A stretch of DNA of 64,000 bases, taken from positions 1,822,846 through 1,886,845 of the forward strand of contig RHPI01002069.1 in the NCBI GenBank assembly GCA_009103225.1. Reading direction: 5' to 3'. The notes under the pieces were generated by a model. That model was not told where the DNA came from and made no database searches. It saw only the letters and a list, made by a program, of their open reading frames with translations. This DNA comes from Chlorokybus atmophyticus. Its lineage: Eukaryota > Plantae > Mesostigma and Chlorokybus algae. Position numbers and translations under genes: made by a program. How positions within the stretch are numbered: the stretch's first letter is position 1; each line of letters begins with the position of its first letter. Shown here in pieces: positions 62,783 through 64,000 of the stretch.

Positions 62783-63551
62783 TCAGGCCTGACCTGTCTC
62801 TGAGCTTCGACTGCAGAAAGGCTGGCTGGGCGGCACTTTTGAGGAAAGGGCTGAAGCTTGCCAAACAGGACAGCTCCTCCACAACGACTCTCTCTGGTCC
62901 AACTGAAGGGCAGAAAGCACTAGTGTGTGAATGCCGCTTGCGTCCACCAATTCAGCAACCTCCCGTATGAGTGTCTGAAGGATGTGTATGTGTGTGGGGC
63001 GAGGCACAGTGGATACGCCTGAAATGACACGTCCCCCACTATTGCCAGTTGATGGGACAAGAGAGCTTAAGCGCCTTTGGAGGCTGCCCTCTCCAGGGCT
63101 GTCAGCCAGCTGCCTGTTTGTCACACACATCAGCCTGAGGCTTCTCAATGACGTGTAATCAATCAAGTCCATTGATGTGCCAAACTGTCTGTCTGAGTCA
63201 GCAGTCAGCCACTGGCAGGCAGCCAGCTGCTGGCCTGCATGCCTGCGAAGCCTTCAATGCACTCCACCTGCGGGGCGGGCGCTTGCCTTCATTTTACATC
63301 TTAGAACGTAGTACACGGTGTAAAAAGCCCATGAATGTTGCGGGTCCCTCCCAGCTCAGCTGCATGCACAACAACCCGGGTATGCATGCCCATGGCCACC
63401 AGCGAGCCCCCACCAGCCTTGTCTTGAGGACAACCCAGCGTGTTCTTGTGGAAGGTGCACTGCACTCTGTCCAAAGGGGTTTTGCACGTGCGCCGCGCGT
63501 GGCACCTACCGCTGAGGCAAGGTGTGTTACATCCATACTATGGCATAGCAT
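62783..63551 (-). CDS. Hypothetical protein, probable 3' exons of a gene starting further right
   Basis: 129-aa ORF 62783-63172 extends upstream in frame to a candidate acceptor near 63245; a second 85-aa ORF lies at 63294-63551. No family recognised. Confidence 0.3.
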
Positions 63552-63894
63552 CAGGGCAGCTCACAAAACCGATAACCCCAACGTTACCAACCACAACCTC
63601 TGGCCACAATTGATTATTGGTACAGCCTCGCTGTGCTGCTTCAGTCACTCATTACTTGAAGTCCTGTGGGTGGGCATGCAAGCATGCACGCATGCATGCA
63701 TGCACCGTGGTGGTGTTGTCAGCACCATGGTGACGCTGATGCCAACAACGCCTGAACCTGTAGCCCAGGCGCTAAAAGCTGCACTTTATTCCAACATCTT
63801 TGTGCTCAGCTGTCAAAGCTGAGCAAACAGGACTGTATATTGACAACCGACGGCCAGTCTGAGAGCTTCAGTTCAGGCAATGGGCTTCCATCCC

Positions 63895-64000
<106 letters not shown>

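Overview
Intron-rich eukaryotic nuclear DNA with GT-AG introns and the standard genetic code (genes end in TAG, TAA or TGA). It is probably a green alga of the streptophyte lineage. This is inferred from land-plant-type ubiquitin (TIDNV), very plant-like UBP12, AP4S and NUP1 sequences, a DUF3339-like gene, telo-boxes and a CDKL kinase. About 16 host genes can be assembled: PDX2, a diacylglycerol kinase, a UIM/EF-hand protein, a plastid-type dPGM, a VanY D,D-carboxypeptidase, a kinesin, a 7-unit polyubiquitin, AP-4 sigma, mTERF, CDKL, NUP1/NUP136, UBP12/13, RPL9, MOG1, a DUF3339-like protein and a hypothetical gene. A young, complete 7.5-kb Ty3/Gypsy chromovirus lies at 11742-19245, with 339-bp LTRs differing at one base, a GCGAG TSD, a tRNA-iMet PBS and a PPT. 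The window also has long (GA)n tracts and several perfect palindromes. Three observations stand out. (1) The retrotransposon gag and pol are in one frame, separated by a single TAG (candidate readthrough). The TAG is followed by about 140 aa of extra sequence before the protease that looks like a degenerate Dam-type adenine-methyltransferase module. (2) An intron-containing cyanobacterial-type VanY/M15B peptidoglycan carboxypeptidase has a possible plastid transit peptide. (3) Five exact telo-boxes were spotted by eye, all near gene starts. Exon boundaries were read by eye, so some gene starts and ends are approximate. No database searches were run.
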